The notes under the pieces are model-generated. The model saw nothing but the letters and a program-made list of their open reading frames with translations, was not told the DNA's origin and did no database searches. The translations under genes and the position numbers were made by a program. A stretch of DNA of 64,000 bases from Acidobacteriota bacterium (lineage in GTDB: Bacteria > Acidobacteriota > UBA890 > WLXD01): NCBI GenBank assembly GCA_963666055.2, contig CAXWPH010000015.1, positions 160,001 to 224,000 of the forward strand. The letters are read 5' to 3'. This document shows, piece by piece, positions 34,962 through 48,767 of this stretch; position 1 is the stretch's first letter, and each line of letters begins with the position of its first letter.

Positions 34962-36605
34962 TTGGCCGCAGTAGTATCAATCAAGTCAGCGCGGCGCAGA
35001 GAGGCCGCAAACACACCGCGGCAACTGCTCGGACGCGGCCGCTCGGGCGTGGTCTACCGCCAGGATGCCCCGGAGGGAGCGCTGGCGGTGAAGGTGTTCC
35101 TCGGCGACACCCTCGGCGATCTGGTGCATCGAGTCGCCTTCGGGGCTCCCAACCCGTACTCGTGGTCCGGCCCCGCCGTCCGATGCGCCCTCTATCGCCG
35201 ACGCATCCTCGCCCTGCTGGTGCCCTATTGGTTCGGCGAGCGCTTGCAGGTGGCAGACGCCACCCAGGTACTCTGGAACCAGGCAGCACGCGCCTGGGAG
35301 CTCCACACGCGCTACGTGAAGGGGTATCCAGCGGCACTGCACCACCCGTTCTCCGCATCGCGCGACCACGAGCAGGTCGAGCTTCGCGACGAGATTATGC
35401 GGCCGCTGCAACACCATCTCGACGCCAGCGGCTTTGACGGCCTGGTATGGCCGGCGGGCCACGGCAACCCCGTGGCAGCCAACAATTTTCTGGTGATCGA
35501 GCGCCGCCGCGGACGTCGCGGCGCCGCCGGCACGCGCTGGGCCTGGATCGATCTCGAGTCTGGTGTTCCCGCCCTGTTTCCCGCCGACCCGCGGCCGCTA
35601 TTCACCTACTACCTGCCGCGCAGCTTCCGACTCGGGCGGCCGCTGTTCGACGATGTCGACGTGGAGCGTCTCCTCGGCTACGTCGAGGCTCACGCCGATG
35701 CTATCGACGCGGTGGTGGGCAAGGGCGGCGTTCATCGGGTGCGGCAATGCGTCTGCCAGCTGCGGGACGCCCAGCAGGAGTGGAAGTCGTTGCCGCGACG
35801 CGATCGCAGCCTGCACTGCGCCATGGTCCGAGGCCAACTGAACGTCACCCAAGCACGCTGGTATCAAGATCACCCGCTACGTTGGCACGCATCCGAGATT
35901 AGGCGCGGATCACGGTCAGCGGTCTCGCATATGGTGTCTGGCGCGCGGCGCTGGCTGCGCGTTGTGCGCCACATCGATGCTCTCGAGGGCCTGCGCCTCG
36001 CCTGGCGGTTTGCTGCCTCGCAGCCGTATCGCGCCCGCATCGGCCGATTCTACGCGTTGCGCCGAGTGCACCGCTGGCGTCAGCGCGGCCAACTCGGGCA
36101 GCGCGAGGCCGCCTTCCTGCGCCGGATGTCCGGACACGAGCAGTCTAGCTACCTGACCGACTTCGCCGTTCATCTGGCGCTCAAGCCAGCCTGCAAGTCG
36201 GTAACCTGGCTGCTGCTGCCGCTGCTCGCCCAGCTAGCGATGCTGCCACTCTGGGTGGTGCCGTTCGGGCTGCTCCTTGGCGGCAGCATCGCACGCACCG
36301 CCTACACGGTTTGTCGGGCCGCACAGGCACGACTCCGAGGGCTTCCGGTTCCCTGGATCGCACTGGCCGTCGGGCTACTACCGATCGTCGGTACCGCAGC
36401 CTACCCAGGCCAAATTCTCGCCACTGGAAGATCGGGACAGGGGAAGCTGGCCGGCTTCCTGCTCTACGATACGTTCACCGCGGTGGGACGCCGGCTACCG
36501 ATCTGGGGCGGCAAGGACACCGCCACGGAGCACGTGTTCAACCGTCTCGCCGATCGGATAGTCGTCGATCGATCGGCGCTGATGGGGCAGGTGGGCGAAC
36601 AGTAA
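34962..36605 (+). CDS. Hypothetical protein: kinase-like N-terminus plus C-terminal membrane region
   Basis: LGRGRSGVVY, LAVKVF, NNFL, WIDLESG; hydrophobic helices near the C-terminus. Confidence 0.6.
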   Translation: MAAVVSIKSARRREAANTPRQLLGRGRSGVVYRQDAPEGALAVKVFLGDTLGDLVHRVAFGAPNPYSWSGPAVRCALYRRRILALLVPYWFGERLQVADATQVLWNQAARAWELHTRYVKGYPAALHHPFSASRDHEQVELRDEIMRPLQHHLDASGFDGLVWPAGHGNPVAANNFLVIERRRGRRGAAGTRWAWIDLESGVPALFPADPRPLFTYYLPRSFRLGRPLFDDVDVERLLGYVEAHADAIDAVVGKGGVHRVRQCVCQLRDAQQEWKSLPRRDRSLHCAMVRGQLNVTQARWYQDHPLRWHASEIRRGSRSAVSHMVSGARRWLRVVRHIDALEGLRLAWRFAASQPYRARIGRFYALRRVHRWRQRGQLGQREAAFLRRMSGHEQSSYLTDFAVHLALKPACKSVTWLLLPLLAQLAMLPLWVVPFGLLLGGSIARTAYTVCRAAQARLRGLPVPWIALAVGLLPIVGTAAYPGQILATGRSGQGKLAGFLLYDTFTAVGRRLPIWGGKDTATEHVFNRLADRIVVDRSALMGQVGEQ

Positions 36606-36644
36606 CCGCCCAGCCGTCGCCGGCGACTATCTCGCCGCCGTCTC

Positions 36645-37403
36645 CTACGTGCGCAGGTACGAGGCACCGTTGGCGTCGACGATGCAGCCGGTGAGATACC
36701 CGATACCTTCGCTGGCCAGAAACGTCACCACTCGCGCAATCTCATCGGGCATGGCGACACGGTTGAGCGGGCTCTGCGCGCGAATCGCTTCACCCGCTTC
36801 CCCGGCCAGGTGAGGCGCCGCCATGTCAGTCTCCACAAACCCCGGCGCCACCACGCCCACGAAGATCCCGTGCGGCGCCAACTCCTGCGCCAGCGACTGG
36901 CTGAGCGCGTTGAGCCCCGCCTTGCTGGCGCCGTAGGCAGGAGCCTGGGGCTCACCGCGAAAGGCGCCGCGCGAGGAGACATTGATTATGCGGCCGCCGC
37001 CGCGCTCCATCATGTGCCGTGCCACGCAGTACATCAGATTCGCCGGGCCCAGCAGATTGGTGCCCAGCGCCCGATCCCAGGCACGGCGCCAGGCGACGAA
37101 GTCGACCTCGGCAACTCGATGCAGCTGGTATACGCCGGCGTTGTTCACCAGCACGTCGATCCGGCCCATTTCGGACGCGGTTTCGGAGACCAGGCGCTCA
37201 CACGCATCCGGATCCGAGACGTCGGCCTGCACGACGAAGTGCGGCCCACCGTCCAGCTCGCCGACCGTCTCCTCGGCGGCCTCACGATTGACGTGATAGT
37301 GCACCGCCACGCGGCCGCCCTGCGCCGCGAAGCGAGCTGCAATCGCGCGCCCGATGCCGCGCGACGCCCCGGTCACCAGAATGTTGCGTCCGCCGAATCC
37401 CAC
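36645..37403 (-). CDS. Classical short-chain dehydrogenase/reductase
   Basis: [25 protein letters not shown]. Confidence 0.93.
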   Translation of the reverse strand: MGFGGRNILVTGASRGIGRAIAARFAAQGGRVAVHYHVNREAAEETVGELDGGPHFVVQADVSDPDACERLVSETASEMGRIDVLVNNAGVYQLHRVAEVDFVAWRRAWDRALGTNLLGPANLMYCVARHMMERGGGRIINVSSRGAFRGEPQAPAYGASKAGLNALSQSLAQELAPHGIFVGVVAPGFVETDMAAPHLAGEAGEAIRAQSPLNRVAMPDEIARVVTFLASEGIGYLTGCIVDANGASYLRT

Positions 37404-37501
37404 TGCCCCTCCAAGGATCTATCGTGGCTTCTCTTGCTTGCCGAACGAACCTGCTCGCAGACCCATCCTACGGCGCCCGCCGAAGCCAAGGGAACACCGA
37501 G

Positions 37502-37530
37502 CCCGCCACACTTCCACCACGGCCTGCTAG
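37502..37530 (+). repeat. Solo end of MITE family A
   Basis: cccgccacacttccaccacggcctgctag. Confidence 0.8.
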
Positions 37531-37545
37531 CTGGGTACTGTCGAC

Positions 37546-37959
37546 TCAAGCTGAGTCTTGCCCGCTTGACACGTATCGTTTGCTTGATGGTTGGCAGCCG
37601 CGGCGCCAAATCCAGCCGTAGATCACGACGTTGAGCGCGATCACCACCAGCCCCAGACCGATTTGGAGCTCTCGCGTCAGCTCGGCGGGGTAGAGCACGG
37701 GACTCAGGTAGTGCTCGACGAAGCCTCCTTCGTATCCGTGCAGGCCGGCTTGCCGGCGCCACCGGTTTTCCAGCGGCGTGAGAGGACAGATCCAGCCGCC
37801 GAACTCGATGAGCGCGCCCCACACGGCACACGGCACATGCACCCAGGCGAGACGGCGCCACCGGAGCACCAGGAGCCCTCCGGCCACCACGATCGTCACG
37901 AAGCCGAGGTGAATCAGAACCGTCAGGTCGGCGAGAAAACGGTAGAGAGAGGCGTCCAT
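37546..37959 (-). CDS. DUF2784 membrane protein
   Basis: LADLTVLIH, WICPLTPLENRWR, GGFVEHY. Confidence 0.85.
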   Translation of the reverse strand: MDASLYRFLADLTVLIHLGFVTIVVAGGLLVLRWRRLAWVHVPCAVWGALIEFGGWICPLTPLENRWRRQAGLHGYEGGFVEHYLSPVLYPAELTRELQIGLGLVVIALNVVIYGWIWRRGCQPSSKRYVSSGQDSA

Positions 37960-38320
37960 GCTTTCTCCGAACATCCCTTGAACGCTGTGGGTGGGACAAA
38001 GAGGTACCGGCCGGGCGAGGATCGCAAATCCCCTTTGATACCAGTCGCTTCCAGAGGATCGTGCTGATTGGCCATGAGCAGCTCTAGCTGGTCGAATCGC
38101 TTCCGTTTGGGCCTCATCTGCTCAGAATCCACCTGCTTGGACGTCGGCCGGATCCAGATGGGAATCACGTCCACGATCGCATACCGTAACCCTCGATGAT
38201 CACCGCACACACCGACGTCGAATTCCTCGAGATCGTCGAAGAAGACGAATTTCATTGCTTCTATGGATAGGCTCAGCGTCTGGCAATAACTTCGAACGAT
38301 TCGCCCCCCCTGGTAGCGCA

Positions 38321-39310
38321 ATGGAACCAGGCACCAAACTCGGCCACTACGAGATCCTGTCCCCGCTCGGCGAAGGCGGGATGGGGCAGGTGTATCGAGC
38401 ACGGGACACGACGCTGGATCGTGATGTCGCCATCAAGGTGCTGTCAGAGGACTTCGCCAGCGATGCCAACCGACTGGCACGATTCGAGCGGGAAGCAAAG
38501 CTGCTTGCCTCGCTGAACCATCCCAACATCGCCACCATCTTCGGATTCGAGGAATCGGACGGTGTGCTCTTCATCGCCATGGAGTTGGTGGAGGGTGACA
38601 GCCTCGCCGAACGCATCGCGGCCTCGGGGCGCATCGAGATCGACGAGGCACTGGAGATCGCCCGCCGGATCGCATTGGCGCTTGAAGCGGCTCACGAGGC
38701 TGGTGTCATCCATCGGGACTTGAAGCCTGCCAACGTGCAGGTGTCACCCGATGGCACCGTCAAGGTGCTCGATTTCGGGCTTGCCAAAGCCTACGAGGTG
38801 GAAGGCAGCGATCCGTCGTCGGATCTGAGCCACTCACCCACGATGATGGCCGCCACTGGCACCGGCGTGATCATGGGTACGGCTCCGTATATGAGCCCCG
38901 AACAGGCACGAGGTACACCGGTCGATAAACGTAGCGACATATGGGCGTTCGGCTGTGTGCTGTACGAGATGCTTGCCGGCAAGCGTGCTTTCGGCGGGGA
39001 GACCGTCAGCGACACCATGGCGGCAATTCTCAGAGCGGAGCCGGACTGGGCATCGCTCCCGGGGACCACCCCGAGAGCATTGCGGCGACTTCTTGACCGG
39101 TGTCTTACGAAGGAACCGCGTGACCGTCTCCACGACATTGCCGATGCTCGCATCGAGATCGTCATGGCCATAGCCGATCCAGACGGCGGCATCACTGTGA
39201 AGGATGGCTCTGGTGAGGCTATGAAGCCCTCCTGGCGGCAAGCGATCCCAACGCCTGTGGCAGCTGGCCTTTGCGTCGGCATCGCTGCCGCTGAGGGCAC
39301 CCCGGCGTGA
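38321..39310 (+). pseudogene. Hanks-type Ser/Thr kinase, C-terminally truncated
   Basis: GEGGMGQVY, VAIKVL, HRDLKPAN, DFGLAK, YMSPEQ; stops within the TM segment. Confidence 0.85.
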
Positions 39311-39371
39311 TGATGGAATATTACACGTGTGTAGTAGTGGGGATATCCCGGCGGATCGACTGCGGGTTGCT

Positions 39372-39430
39372 AATCTGCACACGTAGACGGCGATCTTCTC
39401 GCGCTCTCGGGCTCGGTGCCCGTCCTCGCC
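39372..39430 (-). mobile_element. Short internal fragment of the IS3 at 56572-57944
   Basis: atctgcacacgtagacggcgatcttctcgcgctctcgg(g/a)ctcggtgcccgtcctcgcca nearly identical to 57442-57500. Confidence 0.85.
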
Positions 39431-39564
39431 ATACAAGAGCCAAAGCGAATCGAACAGGGATCGCTCGGGTGCGCCCTACACTACCGTGTCAGACGCGCTA
39501 CTAAGGACACGCCCGGTAGGGTCGGTGGGAGTTCTGGAGCGTCTCAGAGCTCGCGAAGAGGTTT

Positions 39565-41886
39565 CTAGTAGATGTACCCCAAGCTCCGCAGCAGAGAGCG
39601 TGTCCTGTCGTCTAGTCCGGTAAGCGTCTCTCCGGCTGCCCTATCTCGGTAGGTCGCTATGGGTTCCACCAGGGGCAACAGGGTCCCATCCTGCTGCCGG
39701 GGTGCCAGCCCATCCGGGACGTGCCCTGGCATCCGCTTCGACGCCGGAAGGCTCAGGTGGGCCAGGATCAGCGGCAGGACATCTACCTGTGAGAGCGTCG
39801 GCCCGACAGAGTGATCTGGTGGCATATGGGGTCCAGCGAAGACGTAGATTCCTTCCGAATCGTGGGCGCCGATGAGACCTTCACCGGGCTGGGTACCATG
39901 GTCCGAGACGACGGCTACGAAAGTATCGCTGCGAGCCCTACTTAGGATCTCTCCCAAGTGTGCATCGAAGGCCTGGTAACCGCGGTCAATTGCGCCTGCG
40001 GCCCATCTTACGGCCAGCTCGCTGTACGGCCGGTGCGGGGTGTGCGTCCGGAAGTAGGAAACGTAGTCTGCCGGCACACCGACGCGGAACATCCAGAATG
40101 CGTGTTGGATCCGATCCGTGAACGTGAATACCTGCACCAAAGCGTCCCACGCCAGCCGGTCCATCAGCGCTACGGAATTCGACGCTTGTAGGGCGGCTAC
40201 CTCGAGTTGGTCCCCTTCGGTGAAGGCCAACGTTTGGGGCGTATGCGTTAATTCAAATGACATGCCCTCCGCAAGATACGGCGCCGCCGAGGTACCTGGC
40301 AGGTCAAGCAAGTCGGGCGGATTGGATTGCCCGGCAAAGCGTTCCGCGATAAGCGGTCGGAACAGCACTCGCACGCCAGCCGGGTGCAAGCTGTCGACAA
40401 ACACCCGAGTCAGCCACGCTAGACTGTCGGGTCCTCGTACACGTAGCCATGGGCTCCAGAGCCCCTCCGTCAGAGTGAAAAGCGGTGTGCTCGAGCCGTC
40501 TGGTACGAAAGCTTGAATCCGCCTGCCACCATCCGTTTTGAGTAGCAGATCGAGCGAAAACACTTCAACCCCGCCAGCACCGAAAGCGGCGGCGAGAGCG
40601 CTAGTTTCGTCGAATCTACGCCAGATTTCGTACAAGACTGTGCGCTTCGCAGCCAGGTCATCGGGCCCTTCAGGTATCGCGCGGAAGCTAGCGCGGTACC
40701 GGATGTTCTCCTTGAGTTTTCTGACGAGCAACAGCGGCCGAGGACCTAGTGGGTCTGGACTCGCGCCGCTGAACACGACCCAGCCGCGGTAGGTTCTCCA
40801 CGCGAGCTCGGGGATCGGCATACCGGCCAGGAACGGTCCGACATCCGATTCCGCGGGAAACGTGGCCGGAACATTGATCGTGATCGCGTTCCAACCATGA
40901 CTACTCAGAATCTCCCACAGTGCTTTTGACCGACGGTTGTTAGAGAACGCACGTTCCCAGCCGTCGATGCCATGAACCTCTACCGGCTGGCCTGTCATGA
41001 TCGTCGTCCAATCCTCTGGAGAGGATGATGTGCTCGTGCGTAGGACCCCGCGTATGCCCTTGGCGATTAGGCCCTCTAGACGCGGCATCTCGCCCGCCGC
41101 AATCAAGGGATCGATAACGCTCCAGTCAGCGGAGTCGACCCCGACGACAATCAGTCGTCGCTCTCCGCTTGGGTGCATCGATACCTCGCCGGGGACTGGC
41201 GGGACTCGCGGACTCCAGATCTCGAGCGTCGTGTCGAAGGCGGGGCGCCATAGCGCGTCGAGAAGAAACGAGGTCCCCAGGAGTCCCAAGCAAACGACCA
41301 CAGTCGAGCCGAGGACCACCTGGGGGCTCGGGATATTCCGCTCGCGCGACAGATACGCGCTTAGCGCGCGCATGAATGCAGCGGAGATGACCACCGCGGT
41401 CAGGAGTGCGAGCGCGCTCGGGAGCGAATACACGTCTCCCGGCAGCCACCTGATGTTCGCTTGCCCAAGAGCCAAGAGCACCACGATCATGTAAGTTGAT
41501 ACGCTGGCGCTGTACAGAACTCGGGCGGCCACCCCCAACTTGAATCGCGCAACCGTCAGAAGGAGGCTGGCAAGCATGCTACCCATCACGCCGGCGATGC
41601 CACCTATGGCGGCGAATCGTAACGGTGTTGTGCCGAGGGTTCCGAGTCTCGCGTCGAGCACCGCCACGACAACGAGCTCAAGAACAAGGACGCTTCCGCC
41701 CGCCAGCGCACCGATCGCCGCGGTATAACAGGGTGCTGAAAAACGGCTCCGGTACAACATTTCAGGCTGGATCGTCTCGATCAAGGTGAGTTGCCTGGAT
41801 AGCATAAACGGTGAAAGCGCGCCGCGGGAATCTAGGCTCGTTGGCGACAATGCCACCCGCCGGCCGTTCGTTGCCGTCCGGATCAT
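39565..41886 (-). CDS. Membrane-anchored AlkP-superfamily (type I phosphodiesterase/NPP-like) protein
   Basis: VVGVDSADW, WTTIMTG, DRIQHAFW, VVSDHG, terminal LRSLGYI; start uncertain. Confidence 0.8.
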   Translation of the reverse strand: MIRTATNGRRVALSPTSLDSRGALSPFMLSRQLTLIETIQPEMLYRSRFSAPCYTAAIGALAGGSVLVLELVVVAVLDARLGTLGTTPLRFAAIGGIAGVMGSMLASLLLTVARFKLGVAARVLYSASVSTYMIVVLLALGQANIRWLPGDVYSLPSALALLTAVVISAAFMRALSAYLSRERNIPSPQVVLGSTVVVCLGLLGTSFLLDALWRPAFDTTLEIWSPRVPPVPGEVSMHPSGERRLIVVGVDSADWSVIDPLIAAGEMPRLEGLIAKGIRGVLRTSTSSSPEDWTTIMTGQPVEVHGIDGWERAFSNNRRSKALWEILSSHGWNAITINVPATFPAESDVGPFLAGMPIPELAWRTYRGWVVFSGASPDPLGPRPLLLVRKLKENIRYRASFRAIPEGPDDLAAKRTVLYEIWRRFDETSALAAAFGAGGVEVFSLDLLLKTDGGRRIQAFVPDGSSTPLFTLTEGLWSPWLRVRGPDSLAWLTRVFVDSLHPAGVRVLFRPLIAERFAGQSNPPDLLDLPGTSAAPYLAEGMSFELTHTPQTLAFTEGDQLEVAALQASNSVALMDRLAWDALVQVFTFTDRIQHAFWMFRVGVPADYVSYFRTHTPHRPYSELAVRWAAGAIDRGYQAFDAHLGEILSRARSDTFVAVVSDHGTQPGEGLIGAHDSEGIYVFAGPHMPPDHSVGPTLSQVDVLPLILAHLSLPASKRMPGHVPDGLAPRQQDGTLLPLVEPIATYRDRAAGETLTGLDDRTRSLLRSLGYIY

Positions 41887-41955
41887 ACGGTGCCGAAATG
41901 GGCGTTGGCGAGTCTCATCCTAGGCAGCAACAAGAGCCAGAGCACCAGCGGCACG

Positions 41956-42015
41956 GTGACGCTGGTCATCAACTGGTTCGAGGAGTTAAATCAGCTCGTG
42001 CCGACGGATCCGTAG
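41956..42015 (+). pseudogene. Orphan C-terminal tail of an acidobacterial kinase/TolB-like protein
   Basis: Manual translation VTLVINWFEELNQLVPTDP*. Confidence 0.65.
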
Positions 42016-42089
42016 AGTCGCCAGCCGCCATCCTGCCGACAGTCAGGTCAACGGTACACTCTGCGCTCGCCGTCTCCTGACCTGGAACG

Positions 42090-45191
<3,102 letters not shown>

Positions 45192-45319
45192 CTTTATTCT
45201 TCTAAACAATTGTAGGTATTGAATATCTGACCTATCCTGATCTTTCGATCAACTCTCCGACAGTCGCCACCTTTCCACTGTTTTGGTGACTATCTGGTGA
45301 CTTAAACACGAGGATCAGG

Positions 45320-46649
45320 ATGACGAGACTGACCAAGAAAATCGTCGATGCCGCCGTCCCCAGACAACGCCCCTACTTCATCTGGTGCGGGGAGCTGTCG
45401 GGCTTCGGCCTGCGCGTGTTCCCGTCAGGCAAGCGCACCTACTATGCCGACTACCGCAACCGTGACGGTGTGCGCAGGCGCATGGCGCTCGGGCCACACG
45501 GCAAGCTCACGGCCGATGAAGCTCGCAAACTCGCCGTAGTGGCGTTCGCCGGGGCACTCAAGGGCGGCGATCCGGCCGCCGAGCGTGCCACACGCCGTAA
45601 CACCCTCACTGTCGGTGAGTTGTGCGACAAGTACATGCAGGCCGCCGAAGGGGGCCTGATCGTTGGCAAGCGGGGCAGGCCCAAGAAGGCATCCACTCTG
45701 TACAACGATCAGGGGCCGGATCCAACGCCATATCAAGCCGCTCTTGGGAACCAAGCGAGTTCACGAGTTGACGCAAGCGGACGTGAACCGCTTCATTCGC
45801 GACGTGGCCGCAGGCAAGACGGCGGTGGTGGAGAAGACGGCCAAAGCGCGCGGCAAGGCCGTGGTCACGGGGGGTCTTGGCGCCGCCACTCGTTGCGTCG
45901 GCCTGCTGGGCAGCATCCTGTCCTTTGCGGTGTCCGAAGGGGTGATCCCGTTCAACCCGGTGCATGGGGTCAAACGGCCCGCGTACAATCGCCGCACGCG
46001 GCGCTTGAACGCCGAGGAGTACAGGGCTCTCGGCGCGGCCTTGCAGGGTGCCGAGGATGAAGGCAGCAACGGTCCGAGCCCTCATGGTCATGCGGTTGCT
46101 GGCGCTGACCGGATGCCGTGTTGGCGAAGTCACGAACCTGAAATGGTCCGAGGTGGACTTCGAGGGGCGGTGCTGGCGTCTGGAAGACTCCAAGACGGGT
46201 GCGTCGGTTCGTCCGATCGGGCGGGCGGCGTTGGATGTGCTAGGCACTGTGGAGCCGGATGAACGGTTGCCTATCTGTTTCCAGCTGCTCGCGGCAAGGG
46301 ACCGGTCACGGTAGATGGGATGCGTCCCCTTTGGCGCAAGATCGTCCAAGGCGCTGCACTAGAGGGTGTTACCTTCCACACTCTGCGTCACTCCTACGCC
46401 AGCATGGCGGGCGATCTGGGCTTCACCGAGCACACCATCGCCGCCCTTGTGGGCCATGCGGCCAGTTCGGTAACGAGCCGCTACATCCACCACCTTGATA
46501 GCGTGCTGATCGCGGCCGCCGACAGGGTGGCGGGGCGCATCCACGAGCTGATGACAGGGGGAGATCAGGCAACGGTTCTACACTCAGGAAGGGAACCGCG
46601 GTCGGCGACAACCGAGTCCATCACCGGCTCGCTACAGGCGACTTCCTAG
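45320..46649 (+). pseudogene. Integrase with arm DNA-binding domain, multiply frameshifted
   Basis: GFGLRVFPSGKR arm domain; TGCRVGE, DSKTG, HTLRHSYAS, GH, RYIH spread over four ORFs. Confidence 0.88.
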
Positions 46650-46899
46650 CGCGGCACGGTAGGGGGACCCGATCTCCTCAGGGGGGAGTTGTTGAGGTAT
46701 CTTCGACGGCTTCGTGCGCCGCGATTTCGAGGTCCATGCTCCGCGTGATCACCGATCTCCGTCCGCGGTGCCGTCGCCCAGTTGCGCTACCGGGGTCGTG
46801 CGGAAGGCCCGCAGACTAGGGCGCAAGCGTATTAGAGCCGCTGAGAGCCGCCGCCGCCGCACCCAGCATCAGAGATTTGGTATGCGGTACCCGCCGGCG

Positions 46900-47072
46900 A
46901 TCCTGGGCCGCTGTGTGGCGGCTGCACCGTGCGCCTATCCCTGAATCGCGATGGCGTGCTCCGCAGCCGGGGACGCTGCTTCGCCGCGCCTATCGGGGCC
47001 GCGACCTGGTGGTCGAAGTGCTCGATGGGCTTCACGTTCGAGAGGCGCCGCTACCGGTCGCTGTCGGCCATT
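46900..47072 (+). pseudogene. DUF2924 remnant
   Basis: PGTLLRRAYRGRDLVVEVL, then GFTFERRRYRSLSAI in a shifted frame. Confidence 0.7.
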
Positions 47073-47509
47073 CACGGGCGTGCCCGAGCCGTACCCTTCA
47101 CCCATCCTGCTCCTCCAGGTGCCCAGGGCACTGCCTGGTCCCATAGTGATGCATCTGCTCGAAGTCCGCGACGAGAAGTCGGCCTTAGGTTCAGGATCTA
47201 GTGGGCGCAAGCCCCGTGGGGTTCAAGACCATCCTGGGAACTTCGGTTTAACCTCTTATAAAATAAGAAGATACCGAGGGGACGGGGCATTTCGTTTCGG
47301 TCCCCTTTCGCCGCTTTAGTGGCGAAAGTTAACAAACAGTTAACAAAACGGTCGCGAATGCGTCGGCAGCGGAAGTAATGGTGCCGGTTGTCGACGGGGA
47401 CATCGTACGCTCGATGCAGTGGGCCGACACGGCATAGCAAGTTCCTTATTAAGCTTGCCGACTCTCTCGGCATCATCAAGAACCACCAGGCTAGATCATG
47501 CCCGCGAAC

Positions 47510-47706
47510 TTTCGCCGCCATGCGTACAACGTCTGCGGGCTCACCCCCATCTTCCGCCAGATCTAGCGCACCGGCGTCCCGCCTCCGCGCGTACGCGATC
47601 TGCTCGTCCGTGTACCTCTTCTTCTTCATCGGTCCTCCCTGTTCGAGGACCACGTTACTCCGATTCCGTCAACCTCCAGCTGGACCAGTTCTCGGGGTTT
47701 GGGTCA
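47510..47706 (-). mobile_element. IS3-family left-end remnant
   Basis: Minus-strand TGACCC... end, MKKKRYTDEQIAYA orfA start. Confidence 0.7.
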
Positions 47707-47805
47707 CGACTCAGCCTGCAGTCATGTCGCCCAGCCTCACTCTGCACCCCGGCGCGCCTTCCTCACTTCTATCTGGCCCCCGCAGCCCACATATCCCCGT
47801 ATCCC

Positions 47806-47971
47806 CTACGCGGCCTCGTAGGTGATCGAGAAGATCGTGTCCGTCAGCCACCGGCGGAACGGCTCGTTGTCGCTGAACTGCTTGAACAGCTCCGTGTCGT
47901 CGTTCAGCAACGCCGTCATCACCCGCTGGGGCGCCTTGTCGTGCTCGATCCGCGCGTTCTGCTTGTCGGAG
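47806..47971 (-). pseudogene. hsdR: C-terminal remnant of Type I restriction subunit R
   Basis: Manual translation SDKQNARIEHDKAPQRVMTALLNDDTELFKQFSDNEPFRRWLTDTIF; cut by the IS end at 47972. Confidence 0.75.
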
Positions 47972-48767
47972 TGACCTGACCCCCGAAAACGGGTCCAGAT
48001 GTAATCTCACGATCTGGGACCAGAAAGGGAGGTCAGAATGCCGGTCAAGAGGCACAGCGCCGAGCAGATCGTGCGCAAGCTCCGGGAGGGTTAAGTGGAG
48101 CTGGCGCGAGGCGCGACGGTCAAGGATGCCTGTCGCAAGCTAGCGATCACCGAGCACACCTACTACCGGTGGCGGCGCGAGTACGGCGGGCTGAAGCTGA
48201 ACCAGGCGCGGAAGCTCAAACAGCTCGAGAAGGACAACTCCCGGCTCAAGAAGCTGGTGGCGGACAAGGAGCTCGACCTGGCGATCCTCAAGGAGGTCGC
48301 GGAGGGAAACTTCTGAGCCCAGCACGTCGGCGCGAGGCGGTAGCTCACGTACGACGGCAGCTGGGCGTAACCGAAAGACGATCCTGCCGGGTGCTCAGGC
48401 AGCCCAGGAGGACACCGCGATACGTGCCGAGGCCGGCGGACGACGAGCAACTGGTGAGGGACAGGATCGTGGAGTTAGCTCGGGAGTATGGACGTTATGG
48501 GTACCGGAGGGTGACGGTGTTGATGCGCATGCAGGGCTGGCTCGTGAACCACAAACGAGTGCAGCGGATCTGGCGTAGCGAAGGCCTGAAAGTGCCGAAG
48601 AGGCAGCCCAAACGAGCCCGGCTCTGGTTCAACGATGGCTCGTGTATCCGGCTGCAACCGGAGCGCAAGAACCACGTGTGGGCGTATGACTTCGTCCATG
48701 ACCGGACGCACGATGGCCGGTCCATGAGGATGTTGACGATCGTGGACGAGTACACCCGCGAGAGCCT
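47972..48767 (+). mobile_element. IS3-family element, truncated, orfA nonsense
   Basis: tgacctgacccc end; orfA with TAA near 48092; GGGAAAC slippery site; orfB YGYRR...WAYDF cut at 48767. Confidence 0.9.

Noticed and set aside
37975-38300. 159-aa minus-strand ORF as a gene
   Set aside because: No recognisable motif, and it overlaps both neighbours; the region is left unassigned.
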